Below, in pieces: positions 61,511 through 64,000 of a DNA stretch of 64,000 bases (position 1 is its first letter; every line of letters begins with the position of its first letter). The notes beneath the pieces were generated by a model. The model saw nothing but the letters and a program-made list of their open reading frames with translations, did no database searches and had not been told where the DNA came from. The stretch is from Myxococcota bacterium (GTDB lineage: Bacteria; Myxococcota_A; UBA796; SXON01). The stretch is from positions 151,968-215,967 of the forward strand of contig JAZKFH010000017.1 of NCBI GenBank assembly GCA_040386535.1, given 5' to 3'. The position numbers and the translations under genes were made by a program.

Positions 61511-62263
61511 CTACTTCTTCAGGAACGGCGTGAGCAGCTCGATCGGCAGCGGAAACAGGATCGTGCTGTTCTGGTCCGACGCCACCTCGATCAGCGTCTG
61601 GAGGTACCGGAGCTGCAGCGCCGACGGCGACTGCGCCAGCACCAGCGACGCCGCCGCCAGCTTCTCCGAGGCCTGGAACTCGCCCTCTGCCGAGATGACC
61701 TTGGCCCGCCGTTCGCGCTCCGCCTCCGCCTGCCGCGCCATCGCGCGTTGCATCTCCACCGGCAGGTCGATGTGCTTGACCTCCACCTGCGTGACCTTGA
61801 TTCCCCACGGCTCCGTATGGACGTCGAGGATCTGCTGGATGCGCAGGTTGATCTTGTCCCGTTCGGCGAGGAGCTCGTCGAGCTCCGCCTGCCCCACCAC
61901 GCTGCGGAGCGTCGTCTGCGCGAGCTGGCTGGTCGCGACGAAGTAGTCCTCGACGGCCAGGATGGAGCGCAACGGATCGATGACGCGGAAGTACACCACC
62001 GCGCTGACCGCGATGCTGACGTTGTCGCGGGTGATCACGTCCTGCTTGGGCACGTCGTGCGCCACCACGCGCAGGCTCACGCGCTCCATGCGGTCGATGC
62101 CGGGGATGAGCAGCACGAGGCCCGGTCCCTTGAGCGGAATGACGCGGCCGAGCCGGAACACCACCGCGCGCTCGTACTCGCGCACCACGCGGATCATCGA
62201 ACCGAGCAGCGCCCCCAACAGGACGATCAGCACCACGGGCAGCCACGCGAGCCCGAACGTCAT
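61511..62263 (-). CDS. SPFH/stomatin-like (slipin) protein
   Basis: [54 protein letters not shown]. Confidence 0.95.
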   Translation of the reverse strand: MTFGLAWLPVVLIVLLGALLGSMIRVVREYERAVVFRLGRVIPLKGPGLVLLIPGIDRMERVSLRVVAHDVPKQDVITRDNVSIAVSAVVYFRVIDPLRSILAVEDYFVATSQLAQTTLRSVVGQAELDELLAERDKINLRIQQILDVHTEPWGIKVTQVEVKHIDLPVEMQRAMARQAEAERERRAKVISAEGEFQASEKLAAASLVLAQSPSALQLRYLQTLIEVASDQNSTILFPLPIELLTPFLKK

Positions 62264-63570
62264 CCCTCCCCTCCCAGGTTCCCCGGCTCCCCGTCCGGGG
62301 CGGTCGGCACCACCTCCACCAGCAGCCCGTGCAGCGCCGTCACGCGCACCTCCCGGCCGGCGGGCATCACGCCCTTCCACCGCGCGGCCCAGTCCTCACC
62401 CTCCACGCGCACCCGCCCGGCGCCCACGCCCCCGATGATCACGACCCCATCGGCCCCCACGAGCGCCTCGGCCCCGGTCTGCACGCGCCGGCGCTGCGCG
62501 ATGGCCACCTGCGTCGCGAACGCGAGCACCGTGAAGCCCGCCAGCATCGCGATGCCGAACAACACGCGCGGATCCACGCGCAGGTCGAAGCCCGGCACGC
62601 GCTCGAACAGGAGCAGCCCCCCGAGCGCAAGCGCCGACACCCCCGCGATGGCGAGCAGCCCGTTCGTCGCGACGAACACCTCCATCCCGATCAGCACCGC
62701 CCCGCCCACGATCAGCACGAGCCCCGCGGCGTTGAAGGGCAGGATCGAGAGCCCGACCGTCGCCGCGATCAGGCACAACAGCCCGATCGCGCCGGGCGCC
62801 ACCACGCCGGGGTTGAGCAGCTCGATGTACAGCCCGAGCATCCCGAGCGTCACGAGCAGGAACAGCACGTTCGGGTTGGAGATCGCGTGGACCACGCGCT
62901 GCCGGGTGGTCATCGGCACCTCCACCACCGTGGCGCCGGCGGTCGCGAGGACAACGTCGCGGCCGTCCACCGTCACCGTCCGCCCGTCGATCGCCTCCAC
63001 CAACGCGTCGAGGTTCGCCGCCACGAGGTCGACCACGCCGAGCTCCACCGCCTCCACATCCGTCGCCGCCACCGCCTCGCGCACCGCCCGCTCGGCCCAC
63101 TCGCCGTTGCGCCCCCGCTGCGTCGCGACCGCGCGCGCCCACGCCGCCGTGTCCTCGAGCACCTTCGTCTCCATCGCCCCGCCGCCCTCGGCCTCCTCGC
63201 CGCCCCCGAGCGACACCGGCGTGGCGGCCCCGATCGTCGTGCCCGGCGCCATCACCGCCACGTTGGCCGCGAGCGTCAGGAACAGCCCCGCCGACGCCGC
63301 CCGCGCCCCCGTCGGCGCCACGAACACCACCACCGGCACCTCGGCGCCGAGCTCCGCCCGTACGATTGCGCGTGCGCTCTCGATGAGCCCGCCGGGCGTG
63401 TCCAGCCGCACGATCACCGCGGCGGCGCCTGCCTCCTCGGCGGCCCGCAGCCCCGAGATCACGTAGTCGGCGGTGCCGGGGTCGATGGCCCCGTCCACGT
63501 CCAGCACGTGCACCTCGGCGCCCCAGGCGAAGCCGAGGAGCGAGCACCAGACGGCGAGCAGGGCGAACAC
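62260..63570 (-). CDS. nfeD: NfeD-family membrane-bound serine protease
   Basis: [29 protein letters not shown] block, C-terminal OB fold with GE.W. Confidence 0.93.
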   Translation of the reverse strand: MFALLAVWCSLLGFAWGAEVHVLDVDGAIDPGTADYVISGLRAAEEAGAAAVIVRLDTPGGLIESARAIVRAELGAEVPVVVFVAPTGARAASAGLFLTLAANVAVMAPGTTIGAATPVSLGGGEEAEGGGAMETKVLEDTAAWARAVATQRGRNGEWAERAVREAVAATDVEAVELGVVDLVAANLDALVEAIDGRTVTVDGRDVVLATAGATVVEVPMTTRQRVVHAISNPNVLFLLVTLGMLGLYIELLNPGVVAPGAIGLLCLIAATVGLSILPFNAAGLVLIVGGAVLIGMEVFVATNGLLAIAGVSALALGGLLLFERVPGFDLRVDPRVLFGIAMLAGFTVLAFATQVAIAQRRRVQTGAEALVGADGVVIIGGVGAGRVRVEGEDWAARWKGVMPAGREVRVTALHGLLVEVVPTAPDGEPGNLGGEG

Positions 63571-63625
63571 CCCACCTCGGTAGGGGCACGATCGGGGCGC
63601 AGCGGACTGGGGGGCCCCATTTCAC

Positions 63626-63685
63626 AAAGGGAGACGTGGCAAAAGGAGACTTGGCAGAAGGACACTTGGCAGAAGGCGACGTGTC
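63626..63685. repeat. 15-bp imperfect tandem repeat x4 upstream of nfeD
   Basis: aaagggagacgtggc / aaaaggagacttggc / agaaggacacttggc / agaaggcgacgtgtc. Confidence 0.75.
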
Positions 63686-64000
63686 GCGGCGGCCTGCGAA
63701 GGGCGTGTCCCGCGCGGACGCGGGCCGGGTGCCTTGTGGGGTCGCGCTCGGGCGCTCCGTCGTCCGGCTCCGTGCCGGCCGACTGGCGCGGGCGGTGGAT
63801 CCTGGCACGGCCTCCGGCCCGGGGCCTCACGCCGCCCGCGCCACCCTCCAGGCCCCCTCACGCGCGTGGCCTTCGGCCCGGAAAGCCACCTGGGCCCGTG
63901 ATCCGGGGCTCGCCGGCCCCGCGCACGGGCCCATGCCCTCCTGGACGCCGGTAGGCGTCCGGTGATCCCATCCTGAGCCGCCCGAGCGCCCCCGTTACAC

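Noticed and set aside
61511..63570. nfeD-stomatin pair as a novel system
   Set aside because: Well-described conserved operon

Overview
This is a very GC-rich window, probably from a Myxococcota-type deltaproteobacterium. That assignment is inferred from a MYXO-CTERM-like tail, Asp-Thr linkers, DCDD repeats, an FHA-sigma54 activator and a kinase-propeller fusion. It is dominated by signalling genes. (i) 8-24 kb is a sigma28/c-di-GMP island with an fliA-like sigma, three PilZ proteins, REC-EAL, REC-GGDEF and a stripped-down CheW-CheA-hybrid kinase-RR module. That kinase ends in a degenerate GGDEF domain that keeps the RxxD I-site, and there are no flagellar structural genes in the window. (ii) 36-46 kb is a complete paralogous chemosensory operon: RR, CheW, CheR-TPR, CheW, MCP, CheA, CheB, tri-REC kinase. 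Other genes include recN, an NhaP-type antiporter, an NfeD/stomatin pair, a CotH kinase, MerR + VIT-vWA, a Ser/Thr kinase, many secreted or lipoproteins, a HAD hydrolase with no in-frame start and an orphan VapB-like remnant. An intact IS256 element (27-bp imperfect IRs, 9-bp target duplication) sits inside a 50-bp palindromic repeat. The large intergenic regions are mosaics of three uncharacterised repeat families. One is a ~200-bp element built from a 19-bp motif at a 31-bp period, always co-oriented downstream of a second family. No rRNA, tRNA, cas genes or true CRISPR array were seen. All calls come from reading motifs by eye; no searches were run.
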